From: Dehalococcoidia bacterium | GTDB lineage: Bacteria; Chloroflexota; Dehalococcoidia; SM23-28-2; RBG-16-64-32 | Length of the DNA stretch: 64,000 nt | Direction of reading: 5' to 3' | NCBI GenBank assembly: GCA_963665775.2 | Contig: CAXXTF010000002.1 | Coordinates: forward strand, 416,001 to 480,000 | In this document: positions 49,838-60,066 of the stretch, piece after piece | Layout: each line of letters opens with the position of its first letter | Numbering within the stretch: position 1 is the first letter of the stretch | Program-made: the position numbers and the translations under genes | The notes under the pieces: generated by a model | Told to the model about the DNA's origin: nothing | The model's database searches: none | What the model saw: only the letters and a program-made list of their open reading frames with translations

Positions 49838-50200
49838 CCGCCTCCTCCTTCCCGGTGGATCTCCCTACTATATATACGTTGCGGGGGCCCCTCTGGCCTG
49901 CCGTGACGGCGAGAAGGCCGGCGGGCCGGGGTCAGGGACGGAGGAGGATATGCGGAAACCGCTACCGCTCAATATCGCTTGAACTATCCCGTGCTAGAAT
50001 CGGGCCGCGTCATTCATCCGCCGTACGGGACAGGGTCATTGCCTGCCGTATACCTACAACCATCAGCGGCACCTGGGTAATCCCATAGATGACGTGTGAG
50101 ATGGAGTGGTCCAGGGACTGTCGCGCCTGGTCCTCGTCGAGCTCCGTCTCCTCGTTGGGCCGTAGACCACGGCCTCCCTCAAAGACTGGCGGGTGATGCC

Positions 50201-51165
50201 TTAGGGCTTCAGGCGTTCCATGAGGCTGTCCTCATCAGAGAAGTCCCAGGGACGGTCATCAAGGCCCTCCGTCAGGTACCATCGATAGGCTTCTGCCATA
50301 CCGAGAGACATGGGCCTCGGGTGGAAGCCCAGCTGCTCTTGTGCCTTTCGCGTACTGAAGAAGGCGGTACGTCGCCATGGGTAGCGGATCGAGGATGGGG
50401 CGCCTCTGTCGTCCACCATATCGGGCGGCACGAAGACCACCTCAGGTTCTACTCCCACGATCTTCCCCAGGAGGTTCACATATCCCTTGAGGCTGACTGC
50501 CTCCGGTCCGGCCATGTTATAGGCCTGTCCTAGCGACGAGCCAGATTCGGATACAGATAAGAAGGCCTGCGCCAGGTCGCCTGCATGGACGAAGTGGAGG
50601 AAGTTAGAGCCATCTCCCGGAATCAGGATCGGGCGTTTTCGGCGGAGACGGGCAAAGAAGCTGAACTCGCTGCTCGGGCTCGAGTTGTGCGGTCCGTAGA
50701 CGATGCAGGGACGCAGGACGGTGTAGGGGAAGGCGCGAGCGCGCCAGCGTTCGGCCAGGTACTCCTCGCATGCGACCTTGTCGACGCCGTACTGGGAAGA
50801 CCTAGAAGGATCTCTGGATAGAGGTTGCGACTCCAGGATGGGAAGGCTGTCGGATCGCTCGTACACAGCGATCGTGGAACAGAAGACGTAACGACCAACC
50901 CGGCCCTCCAGTGCCTCTATCGCCGGAATAAGAGCCTCAGTCGTATAGGCGGAGATGTCGAAGGCAACGTCGAACTCCCGGTTCTTAAGCGCCCGTTTGA
51001 CGGCCCCCGCGTCGGCCCGGTCCGCCAAAAGCCGCTCCACCTCTTGGGGAAGCTCGGCGGGGGTTGGCCCCGGTTGAGGACTGTGACCTGATGGCCCTGC
51101 CTCAGGAGCTCGTGCACCAGATGGAGCCCGATGAATCGGGTGCCGCCGAAGACAAGTGTGCGCAT
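50201..51165 (-). pseudogene. NAD-dependent epimerase/dehydratase (atypical SDR) with a frameshift near 51060
   Basis: FGGTRFIG...VLNRG in ORF 50917-51165; remainder (YGVDK, LRPCIVYGP) in ORF 50201-51040; one extra base joins them. Confidence 0.85.
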
Positions 51166-51672
51166 GCTATCTCCTCCCTGGACTCCACCAGGTCAACTTT
51201 AAGTTACCGACACTGCATCCCGGGCAAGCGCGGATCGCAGTGGCTGACAGTGCCGACAAGAATGTTGCCCATGGCTAGTTCATTGTGCAACCCGGCGATG
51301 GGCCTGGCAAATCGTCTCCTTGGGAGCGCGGGCTCGCCACAGCCGTTGCGGAACTTTGCCCGGGAAGGAAGCTTCTTCTGACAGTTGGGGCAAGTCGTAG
51401 ATAGCGTGGTACCAAGTCTAGCGCTTGCCCAGGTTCGATGCCAGGGGTGTGCTGTGTCAGGACATGTGAGACAGGGAAGCGGTTATCAGGGTCTGGCCGC
51501 CGGCGGTCGAGGTAGTAGTCCAGTCCTCCTGAAATCAAGCGTAATCTCGTCGAGCCCGGTCGTCCACATAACTGGAACCGACAGGATCGTCGCACATGGA
51601 CCCACCCCTTGGAATCTGCGTCCATCCAGTCTACAGTTAGTCAATAGCTCGCCAAGAGATAGAGGAGGAGCC

Positions 51673-52719
51673 GTGAAACGCATTCAGGAGGGGATTTTTC
51701 AGATCGTCACCCCTTTCCTGGCGTACGCCCGACACGAGGCCTACGAGCAGCGGGAGGAGCTTGAAGCGCACCCCCGCGTTACCCGCGGCTTACCCTATGT
51801 CCTCCCCTATTTCATCGCCAGCAAGGGCGAGACTATGCTGGTGGATTGCGGCTGGAATACAGATGACGGCTACGCGGCTATTCGGGAGCAGCTGGGGGAG
51901 ATCGGCAGCGACATCTCGGAGATCCGGGATCTCGTGATCACCCATGCCCATCCGGACCACTGCGGCCTCGCCGGTCGCCTCAAGGCTGAGACGGGATGCA
52001 CGGTGTGGATGCACGAGCGAGAGGTCGGCTTTCTGGGCAGCCGACACAACTCTCCGGAGAATCTCCAGGAGGAGATGGACCGCTGGTTCACGCGGCACGG
52101 CGTGCCAGCGGGGGACCGGCCGGAGATAGAGCGCGGGCCGATGCCGATGCCGCACTTCGTGGCGCCAGTCGAGCCCGACCGCCCGGTCAAGGGCGGGGAG
52201 CGGCTGAGCGTGGGCGACTTCGTTTTCGAAGTTATCTGGACCCCGGGACACTCCCCCGGCCACGTCTGTCTGTACGAGCCGAATCACCGGCTCCTGCTGA
52301 GCGGCGACCATGTCTTGCCGGTAATCACCCCCAACGTGAGCCTGCACCCGCAGCAGCGGAACAACCTCCTTGGGGAGTATATCAGCAGCCTGGAGCGGGT
52401 AGCCGAGCTCAAGGTTGACCGCATGCTGCCCGCTCACGAGTGGGACATCGATTGGTTCCAGCGCCGGATACGGGAACTCAAGGATCATCACCAGACGCGC
52501 TTAGAGGCGATGCTAGCGGTGGTGGGATGGGATGGGGTGCTTACAGCCGCCGAAGTGGCCCGCCGTGTGCAGTGGACTACGGGCGGGTATGATAGCTTCT
52601 CCGCCTGGACGAAACGGGCCGCTATCGGCGAGACGTTGGCACATCTCCAGTATTTGGTGGAGCAGGGGCGCCTTGTGGAGGTCGAAGAGGAGGGGTTAGT
52701 CCGCTTTCGGGCCGCCTAG
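51673..52719 (+). CDS. MBL-fold metallo-hydrolase with C-terminal winged helix
   Basis: THAHPDHCG (HxHxDH), TPGHSPGH, SGDHVLP.ITPN, PAHE, ETLAHL; GTG after GAGGAGG. Confidence 0.9.
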   Translation: MKRIQEGIFQIVTPFLAYARHEAYEQREELEAHPRVTRGLPYVLPYFIASKGETMLVDCGWNTDDGYAAIREQLGEIGSDISEIRDLVITHAHPDHCGLAGRLKAETGCTVWMHEREVGFLGSRHNSPENLQEEMDRWFTRHGVPAGDRPEIERGPMPMPHFVAPVEPDRPVKGGERLSVGDFVFEVIWTPGHSPGHVCLYEPNHRLLLSGDHVLPVITPNVSLHPQQRNNLLGEYISSLERVAELKVDRMLPAHEWDIDWFQRRIRELKDHHQTRLEAMLAVVGWDGVLTAAEVARRVQWTTGGYDSFSAWTKRAAIGETLAHLQYLVEQGRLVEVEEEGLVRFRAA

Positions 52720-52780
52720 GCAGGACGGCGGCAGGCCAGAGCCTCGGGGTTCTGACCCAACAGGGCTATGCTAGGCAGGT

Positions 52781-53293
52781 ATGATGAACAAACTACAGCA
52801 AGGCGATCGGTTCCCTGACCTTACTCTAAACCTCCTCGGCGGCGGCAACGTCCAAATTCCAAACGACATACCTGGCCGATACGCAGCGCTCCTCTTCTAC
52901 CGCGGTCACTGGTGAACGTACTGTATGCGGCAGTTAGCCGCGTGGGATGAAAAGAAAGCCGAACTGGAGGCTCTCGGCGTGACGATCTACGCGGTCAGCG
53001 TAGATACAGTCGAGCAGGCGCAAGAGGTTGCTGGTCGCGGTCTAACCTTTCCGGTCGCCTACGGTGCCACGAAGGAAGTAGCCGACCTCATCGGAGCGTG
53101 GTGGCAGGCGGAACGAGGCTTCATTCAGCCAGCGGAACTCCTGCTGGATGGCGATGGGATTGTCCTGGGGTCGATGTACGCGTCAGGGCCTGTGGGTAGA
53201 ATGGGGGCTGACGAAGCTGTGAGGCTGATCACGAGCCGCGAGCGTCGAAGAGCTGAGCAAGAGCAGGTCCTGTGGCCCGAGGACGTACGTTAG
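52781..53293 (+). CDS. Peroxiredoxin-like (AhpC/TSA, thioredoxin fold) selenoprotein, UxxC motif
   Basis: Open frame MMNKLQQGDRFPDLTL...LLFYRGHW-[TGA 52913]-TYCMRQL, continuing into track ORF 52925-53293; TGA at the first Cys of FYRGxWCPxC. Confidence 0.88.
52924..52944 (+). promoter_or_regulatory. Candidate bacterial SECIS hairpin
   Basis: TATGCGGC-AGTTA-GCCGCGTG, 8-bp stem with two G-U pairs; 16 nt between UGA and loop; G at loop position 2. Confidence 0.65.
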
Positions 53294-53322
53294 TCAGCCG
53301 TAGTGTGTGGTAGAAGGGGCAC

Positions 53323-54867
53323 CTAGCTCGCCTCCACAGTCACTACGCCCGTGGTGCCATCCACGGTCACCGGCGCGCCATTCGGGATGCGCGCTGTGGC
53401 GTCTTTCGTCCCAACAACAGCAGGAATGCCGAATTCCCGCGCAACGATAGCACCATGGGATAGGGCGCCACCCGCATCCGTGACTATCGCGCCTGCGAGG
53501 CACAGGTACGGCGTCCACGGTGATGTAATGATCGGACAAACCAACACCTCGCCGTCGGCGAGGTGTGGAGCCTCGTTAAGGGATTTGACCACTCGAGCTA
53601 GCCCGCGATAACTTCCAGGCGATGCCGACGTGCCGTGGAGCATTATCGCTTCCCCAGCGCTCGTCTGGCCTGCACTTGTCTGACCTTCCGCTTGCCGTGA
53701 TGTCCCCAATACTCGCGGAGGAGTGGCAGCCCGGTATTCTACCTGCGCGGTACGGCGGCTAGCGACTTCTTTTCGACTGAGCGGATCTTCCCCTTCGAGA
53801 ACTTCCAGAAGTTCCCCCCGAGTGTAGTAAAAAACGTCATCAGCTGAAGCTAATTTACCGCGCTCCACGAGATGTGTTCCGATTGACAGCCAACGAGCGC
53901 GGGAGGCGGAAAATAGGCGTTGATCCACTAACAAATTGTGGTCCTCTAGATTAGGCAGGAACTGTTGTGCCATCTCCATCAGCGGAATCAGGGCTGCGGC
54001 AGCAGGATCAGAAGCCGCTCTGGCCTTTAGCTCACCCTCCAGACGCACCCGCTGCTGGACTTGCCGGTCTGCTGCATCCTGGGGGCTTAGATCGTCTTCC
54101 TGTGCCGCATAGGCCTTGATCAGCCCCATCGGGATGGACGGATCCTCACGCCACGTGGGCAGGTCCTGTTGGCCTATATTCGTGGTGTGTCCGAACGCTT
54201 CCATGACGGAGACCAAGCCATCTCGAAACTTCTGGGCGGCAGGAGAGTCGATAGGAAGATCATCGGACTGACCCACGGCCTCGAACAGCCCGCTGTCCGC
54301 CCGCAATAGGCGACTAATGTCCCACAACATGATGGCCCGGTCGAGTGACCGGTTAGGGAATCCTTGCAGGAGCGCCAAGGCGTCCGCACGGCGGTCTTCG
54401 CCGAACCGATCGATGTAGGCATCTACGAAGCGCTCAACGGCGATTCGGGCAGCGATTACAGCGGTCCGATGCACGCCGGCGAACACTCGCTGGAAGTCGG
54501 CCTCAAGCTCCGCCAGGGTTGTTGCCCATTTCCCCGAGTTGACGCTCCCCGGCTCAAGCTCCGTCAAGCGCTTGGCCAGTACCTCAACCTGAGGAAGCCA
54601 TTCATGCCGCCACTGAGTCAGGGAGGCGGCAGAGTCCGGCGCCGTGACCTCTCCAAAAGGGTGGGCGGCCTCGGAGCGGATGTAGGTATAGCCGTTGACG
54701 CGGATCGCCCGTGGCGGCGCCCGGGACTCGCCAGCTGGGCCGCCAGCGAGCGTCGGCGACGTCGCAATCAGGGGTGTCTGGGAGGCTGGCCCGTGCTCAT
54801 CCTCGTAGAGCCACGTATACTCCTCATACGTTGGGTCGGGAAGTTCGAATTGTACTTTCGCTGACAT
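53323..54867 (-). CDS. PEP-utilising enzyme mobile-domain protein (PpsA/rifampin-phosphotransferase-like), no ATP-grasp domain
   Basis: C-terminal G..ASPG...G.ARVV, GEVLVC..T.PWTP, GGALSHGAIVAREFGIPAVVG, VDGTTG; DDVFY central motif. Confidence 0.85.
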   Translation of the reverse strand: MSAKVQFELPDPTYEEYTWLYEDEHGPASQTPLIATSPTLAGGPAGESRAPPRAIRVNGYTYIRSEAAHPFGEVTAPDSAASLTQWRHEWLPQVEVLAKRLTELEPGSVNSGKWATTLAELEADFQRVFAGVHRTAVIAARIAVERFVDAYIDRFGEDRRADALALLQGFPNRSLDRAIMLWDISRLLRADSGLFEAVGQSDDLPIDSPAAQKFRDGLVSVMEAFGHTTNIGQQDLPTWREDPSIPMGLIKAYAAQEDDLSPQDAADRQVQQRVRLEGELKARAASDPAAAALIPLMEMAQQFLPNLEDHNLLVDQRLFSASRARWLSIGTHLVERGKLASADDVFYYTRGELLEVLEGEDPLSRKEVASRRTAQVEYRAATPPRVLGTSRQAEGQTSAGQTSAGEAIMLHGTSASPGSYRGLARVVKSLNEAPHLADGEVLVCPIITSPWTPYLCLAGAIVTDAGGALSHGAIVAREFGIPAVVGTKDATARIPNGAPVTVDGTTGVVTVEAS

Positions 54868-55183
54868 GTTGGTGGCCCTTTCTACCGCGCCTCATTGAAG
54901 CTCATTAAGGCCTCCATAACCATTCCTTTTAGGCTACAGCAGAATAGCATATCGCGCGCACCACACTCGGCATACCTGTTAACTGATAGTGTCGGGGCGT
55001 CATCGGCGATAGATGCGGCCTGAGTTAGCGTGGAGCCATGGTGCGTTCCTTGCGCTGGACGCTGGGCGGGAGTAAGCGGCACACCATCCTGAGCTGAGAT
55101 CCGCCCTGGCCTGAGCTGAGAGCCATCCTTACAACAGATCGTGCGCATGCCAGTCCGATGAGGTAGCATCTCATGTAGTTTCG

Positions 55184-56470
55184 ATGCTCGCGAGAATGTT
55201 CCCCAACGTCTACGAAGGCTGGCTGGTTGCCGCCTCGGGTGGCTTCATCATCATCCTGACGACGGCCGTATTCGTCCATGCCTTCGGTACGATCTTCAAC
55301 CCTCTGCGCGACGAGTTTGGTTGGAGCGCTACCTCCGTCAGCCTGGCGTTCTCGTTGCGTTCCGAGGCGGCCAGCATCGCCGCTCCAGCCGTCGGGGTGC
55401 TCCTGGATCGGTTCGGGCCGCGCCGCCTCCTCGTCGGCGGCCTGTTCCTCGCCTCGGGCGGAGTGTTCATGATGTCATTCATTCAACAGCTGTGGCACTT
55501 CTACCTCGCAATCATGATCATCGCTGCCGGTCACAGCGGCGCCAGCGGCGTCTCCGGTTACAAGGCCACGGCCACCTGGTTCGAGAGACGGCGCTCCCGG
55601 GCGATGGCCTTGGTCTCCGTGGGCGCGGGCCTGTCAGGCATCCTCGTGGTGGGTGCGGGCTGGATGGTGGATGAGATAGGCTGGCGGGCGGCGTTGCGCA
55701 TCTTGGCCGTCATCGCCCTCGCCGTGGCCCTGTACCCCGCACTGAACGTGCGCGAGCGTCCGGCCAACCATCGGCAGCCGGTCGACGGTATCGATCCTGC
55801 CGCAGAAGGAGGCGAAGGTGCCGGCGTGGCGTCCTCCGACTGGGGAGTGCCTGTGCGTCGGGCGCTTCGCTCGCGCTCCTTCTGGATGCTCAATCTGGGG
55901 GTGGCGCTCCTCGGCTTCGGCTCGCTAGCTCTCCTCGTACACCTGATCCCCTTCGTGGAATCGTTAGGGTACTCCAAGACCCTGGCCAGCACCACATTGG
56001 CTGTTTTCACGGTCACAACGATCCTTGGGCGGGTAGGAGCAGGAATTTTAGGTGATATCTACCAGAAGCGCATTTTGATGGCCGCCGCTGTGCTGATAAT
56101 GGCAGCCGGGCTCCCCCTGCTCGCGATCGCCGGCCAGCTCTGGCATGTCATTATCGGCCTGCTCATCATCGCCGTGGGCTTCGGCTCCACCCTGCCGTTG
56201 CGCCAGGCCATCATGGCCGACTACTTCGGCACGAGGTATTTCGGCACTCTCAACGGCTTCACTCAAGTGTCGTTCATGATCGGCGCACTCGCCGGACCGC
56301 TAATGGTGGGCAAAACGCTGGACGTCAGCGGGGAGTACACCCTGGGCTGGCTCGTCTCCGGGCTCGTTGTGAGCCTATCCGCTATCGCGATGTGGGCGGC
56401 GCGCGCTGACACCCGCCTCATCACCGAACACCGGGCGCTGGCGCTTGCGCCCAATGACCCCATCGAGTAA
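55184..56470 (+). CDS. MFS transporter (OFA/MCT-like)
   Basis: YEGW, EFGWS, G.LLDRFGPR motif A, WFERRRSRA, ADYFG.RYFG; ~12 TM. Confidence 0.92.
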   Translation: MLARMFPNVYEGWLVAASGGFIIILTTAVFVHAFGTIFNPLRDEFGWSATSVSLAFSLRSEAASIAAPAVGVLLDRFGPRRLLVGGLFLASGGVFMMSFIQQLWHFYLAIMIIAAGHSGASGVSGYKATATWFERRRSRAMALVSVGAGLSGILVVGAGWMVDEIGWRAALRILAVIALAVALYPALNVRERPANHRQPVDGIDPAAEGGEGAGVASSDWGVPVRRALRSRSFWMLNLGVALLGFGSLALLVHLIPFVESLGYSKTLASTTLAVFTVTTILGRVGAGILGDIYQKRILMAAAVLIMAAGLPLLAIAGQLWHVIIGLLIIAVGFGSTLPLRQAIMADYFGTRYFGTLNGFTQVSFMIGALAGPLMVGKTLDVSGEYTLGWLVSGLVVSLSAIAMWAARADTRLITEHRALALAPNDPIE

Positions 56471-56706
56471 GCGCCCCGAGACCCGGGTCTGTCAATCAGC
56501 CGGAAACCAAGTTACCCGCAGTTTGGGAGCGAAGCAGAGAGAGGATCGTGGAGCGGGATCATCAGCACTCGCTAGAGGCTCTGCCAAGTTTAATATGGAG
56601 AATTTCGGTAGACTCTAGTGGGCGCCATTTTTCTTCTGGCCCCATCTCGTCCATAATAATGGCAAACGATCCTCTGGCCCACCAGGTTAAAGCGAGGAGT
56701 GCAGCG

Positions 56707-59061
56707 ATGGCTATCGAAACCAGCTCCGAGGTTGAGGCTGAGGCTAGGCAGTTCAAGGTTGTGGGCACTCGGCCTATCCGCCACGACGGCGTGGATAAGG
56801 TGACGGGGCGGGCCAAGTACGCCGCGGACATCCATCTTCCGGGCACACTCTACGGTAAGGTCTTACGCAGCCCACACGCCCACGCCCGAATCCGCTCGAT
56901 AGACACCATGAGGGCGGAGGCCCTGCCTGGTGTGAAAGCCGTGGCCACGGCCAGGGACTTCCCCATCGTGGAAGGCGGGAAGGTGGATCTGGCCCAGACC
57001 ATGGAAAACGTGCGTATGGCGGCAGAGAACGTCCTGGCCAGCAAGAAGGCGTTGTACAAGGGCCACGCCGTAGCCGCGGTGGCGGCCACGGACCCCCACA
57101 TCGCTGAGGAGGCCCTGGCGCTCATCGAAATTGACTATGAGGTGCTCCCCATCGTCCTGACGCTGTACGATGCCCTAAAGCCGGGTGCGCCTCTCCTGCA
57201 TGAGGGGATGACCACCAGGTTCCGCGTGGAGCGGTTCGGCCGGGGCGAGGACACGGGCATCATAAGCAACGCCGCAGCCCACGTCCAGTTCAAGCAGGGC
57301 GATGTGGAGGAGGGCTTCAAACAAGCCTACCTTACCGTCGAGCGGGAGTTCACAACGGAGACGGTCCACCAGGGCTACATCGAGCCCCAGGCATCTACGG
57401 CCTATTGGGCGCCTGACGGCCACGTAACTATCTGGACGAGCACTCAATCCACGTTCGGAATTCGCGCCACGACAGCGGCCATCGTGGGTATACCAGAATC
57501 CATGGTGAAGGTCATCCCAATGGAGATTGGCGGCGGCTTCGGTGCTAAACTCACTACTTACCTGGACCCTGTGGCTGCCATTCTCTCCCGGAAGAGCGGT
57601 AAAGTCGTCAAGATGGCGCTGACCAGGGAGGAGGTCTTTGAGGGCACGGGCCCCACCTCCGCCAGCCATATGCGCTGTAAGATTGGGGCCAGCAAGGACG
57701 GGCACATCACCGGCGCCCAACTCTATCTGGCCTATGAGGCGGGGGCCTTCCCCGGCTCAGCCATGGGTAGTGGTGCGTTCACAGCGTTGGCGCCTTACCT
57801 CGTGAATAACGTACTCATCGACGCCTACGATTTGGTGTGTAACAAGCAGAAGGTTCAGGCCTACCGGGCGCCCGGATCCCCGGAGGCTGCCTTCGCTGTG
57901 GAGTCGGTCGTCGATGAGCTGGCCGAGAAACTCGGCCTAGACCCATTGGGCTTCCGGCTGAGGAATGCCACCAAGCAGGGGGACCGCCTGCCCAGCGGCT
58001 TGCCCTTGCCGCGGGTCGGCCACATCGAGGTCGAGGAGGCTATGAAGGCCCACCCCCACTATAATGCCCCCCTGGAGGGCGCGCACCGTGGTCGCGGCGT
58101 GGCCGTGGGCTACTGGACAAATGGCGGCAACATGTCCTCTGCCACAATTAACGTCAACGCCGACGGCACAATAAGTCTTATCACCGGATCGGTTGACATC
58201 GGCGGCACCCGCACCGCAGTGGCAATGCAAGCCGCCGAAGTGCTGGGTCTCGCTGCCGAGGAAGTGATCCCGACTGTCGCCGACACCGATTCCGTCGGCT
58301 GGACGGGGGCCACGGGGGGCAGCCGGATCGCTTTCTCCACAGGCATCGCGGCAATCACCGCAGCAGAGGACGTCAAGAGCCAGATGCTTGCTCGGGCGGC
58401 CATCATATGGGAGGTCCAGCCTGCCGATGTGGAGTTCACGGACGATGTGTTTGTCTGCACCAGCAGCGAACATAGGATGACCTTCAAGGAGCTGGCCGCT
58501 AACCTCATGCGGACTGGTGGACCGGTGACGGCCTCAGCGACTTCCAATCCCAGGCAGGTCGGGCCCTCCTTGGCTGGAAACATCGTGGATGTGGAGGTGG
58601 ACCCTGAAACTGGCAAAGTGACGATCCTGCGGTTCACTGCCTTCCAGGAAGTTGGTAAGGCGGCCCATCCCAGCTACGTCGAGGGGCAGATGCAGGGGGG
58701 CACAGTTCAAGGCATCGGCTGGGCCCTGAACGAGGAGTTTGTTTACGATGAGGACGGTTCCGTGCTCAACGCCAGCTTCCTGGACTACCGCATGCCGACG
58801 GCTCTCGACGTGCCTATGATCGAAACGGTTATCGTTGAGACACCAAATCCGGGCCATCCCTTCGGCCTGCGCGGCGTGGGCGAGGTCTCCATCGTTCCGC
58901 CCATGGCCGCTATCGCCAACGCCACCTACCGCGCCATCGGGCAACGGATGACCCATCTGCCCATGAAACCAGGGGCCATACTTGAAGCCCTGGAGCAGAT
59001 AGCCGGTCCTAGCTCGCAGTCTGGTAGAGGAAGTGGTGATACCAGCCGACAGGCGTCTTAG
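56707..59061 (+). CDS. Xanthine dehydrogenase family molybdopterin-binding (CoxL-like) subunit
   Basis: KVTGRAKYAAD, LRSPHAHARI, IGGGFGAK, AYRAPG, VEGQMQGG..QGIG, GVGE; ATG 56707 after GAGGAG. Confidence 0.93.
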   Translation: MAIETSSEVEAEARQFKVVGTRPIRHDGVDKVTGRAKYAADIHLPGTLYGKVLRSPHAHARIRSIDTMRAEALPGVKAVATARDFPIVEGGKVDLAQTMENVRMAAENVLASKKALYKGHAVAAVAATDPHIAEEALALIEIDYEVLPIVLTLYDALKPGAPLLHEGMTTRFRVERFGRGEDTGIISNAAAHVQFKQGDVEEGFKQAYLTVEREFTTETVHQGYIEPQASTAYWAPDGHVTIWTSTQSTFGIRATTAAIVGIPESMVKVIPMEIGGGFGAKLTTYLDPVAAILSRKSGKVVKMALTREEVFEGTGPTSASHMRCKIGASKDGHITGAQLYLAYEAGAFPGSAMGSGAFTALAPYLVNNVLIDAYDLVCNKQKVQAYRAPGSPEAAFAVESVVDELAEKLGLDPLGFRLRNATKQGDRLPSGLPLPRVGHIEVEEAMKAHPHYNAPLEGAHRGRGVAVGYWTNGGNMSSATINVNADGTISLITGSVDIGGTRTAVAMQAAEVLGLAAEEVIPTVADTDSVGWTGATGGSRIAFSTGIAAITAAEDVKSQMLARAAIIWEVQPADVEFTDDVFVCTSSEHRMTFKELAANLMRTGGPVTASATSNPRQVGPSLAGNIVDVEVDPETGKVTILRFTAFQEVGKAAHPSYVEGQMQGGTVQGIGWALNEEFVYDEDGSVLNASFLDYRMPTALDVPMIETVIVETPNPGHPFGLRGVGEVSIVPPMAAIANATYRAIGQRMTHLPMKPGAILEALEQIAGPSSQSGRGSGDTSRQAS

Positions 59062-59150
59062 GAGGCCCGCCCACAGGCCGCTTCAGCAGATGCCGAATCT
59101 CCCTCTGAAGCGCATCATTAGCGGGAAGCCGTGCGGCATAGCCCACGTGC
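59009..59150 (-). mobile_element. Internal remnant of a second IS1380-family transposase
   Basis: YAARLPANDALQREIRHLLKRPVGGPPKTPVGWYHHFLYQTAS resembles the YAIRLPAN..LQ..I..LL.RPVGRPP....Y..F.YQA.SW segment of IS1380 transposases. Confidence 0.7.
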
Positions 59151-59391
59151 CACCGATCTCGGTTCGGCGAGACGGGCGGCGTTAAGCTTAGTGAGCGCGT
59201 AGCGAACACCCTCTTAGCTCCCTGCAAGATGGATGAGAGCTAGAGCCTGCCATCGAGGAGAGCGTCCCCACGCGTCGATATTGGACTCACGGGAGAATCC
59301 CAAGAAACGTTACCGATGAGCAGGCCTGACTATTCTGGGACACAGGACTATACTAGATGTGTTGTCGGTTCGAACATTCACCGCGCACATC

Positions 59392-59784
59392 ATGGAAGAG
59401 AACTCCTTAAGGTCAGAACTGGAAAACCAGCAGACCCACAGCTGGCATCTGCCTGATGAGATGCGCATCCGCATTCTGGCTGGGGACGAAGAGGCAGTCC
59501 CCTGGTTCCAGGCTCATTTGATGAAGTGCGCTGTCTGCCGAGACCCAATCATGCGGTTGGCGCTTGAGATCCAGGGAACAGCCGAGCCGGATGCGATGGC
59601 TCAGGCTCAATGCGTTCAGACTCGGGCAGCCTTGATTCGTTACTTGGAGACGGGAGTTGAACCCGACATGGCGGCCCGGCACCATCTTGCCCTGTGCCCT
59701 ATCTGTTCCGAACCGTTCGTGGATGCGGCTAAACAGAGAGCACTGCTCGAGTTCGATCCGGACGATACGGGAGAAGCTGGCTAG
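59392..59784 (+). CDS. Hypothetical protein with two HxxxCxxC (zf-HC2, anti-sigma-like) motifs
   Basis: AHLMKCAVCR and HHLALCPICS; start uncertain (59359 or 59392). Confidence 0.6.
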   Translation: MEENSLRSELENQQTHSWHLPDEMRIRILAGDEEAVPWFQAHLMKCAVCRDPIMRLALEIQGTAEPDAMAQAQCVQTRAALIRYLETGVEPDMAARHHLALCPICSEPFVDAAKQRALLEFDPDDTGEAG

Positions 59785-60066
59785 GCAGCTCTCTCAGCTG
59801 GGAGTCTGGATGTCCTCAACTGCTTATCGAGGAGACGTTGATCTGGTCTTGCGGTGGCAGGGATCAGTTGCCGCCAAGTATTTGCTCACATGGGCTCTAT
59901 TAACCCTTCGGCAATGGCATCGCCAGGACCGTGCTTTTGCCCTTACATCTCCAACCCTAAGATTGGAGCTGGTCAGTTTCTCGCCCTTCAGCATGCGACG
60001 GTAGGGTCGAGTCCTGAGATCTGACACAACCTACATCTCTTATCACACGTAACGAGGGGGACTCAT

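Noticed and set aside
56707-59061. Aerobic CO dehydrogenase (coxL) assignment
   Set aside because: Active-site loop is AYRAPG, lacking the Cu-binding Cys motif; no coxM/coxS adjacent.
59800-60040. Possible degraded LuxR-like fragment on the minus strand
   Set aside because: Only scattered words across different frames; unsupported.
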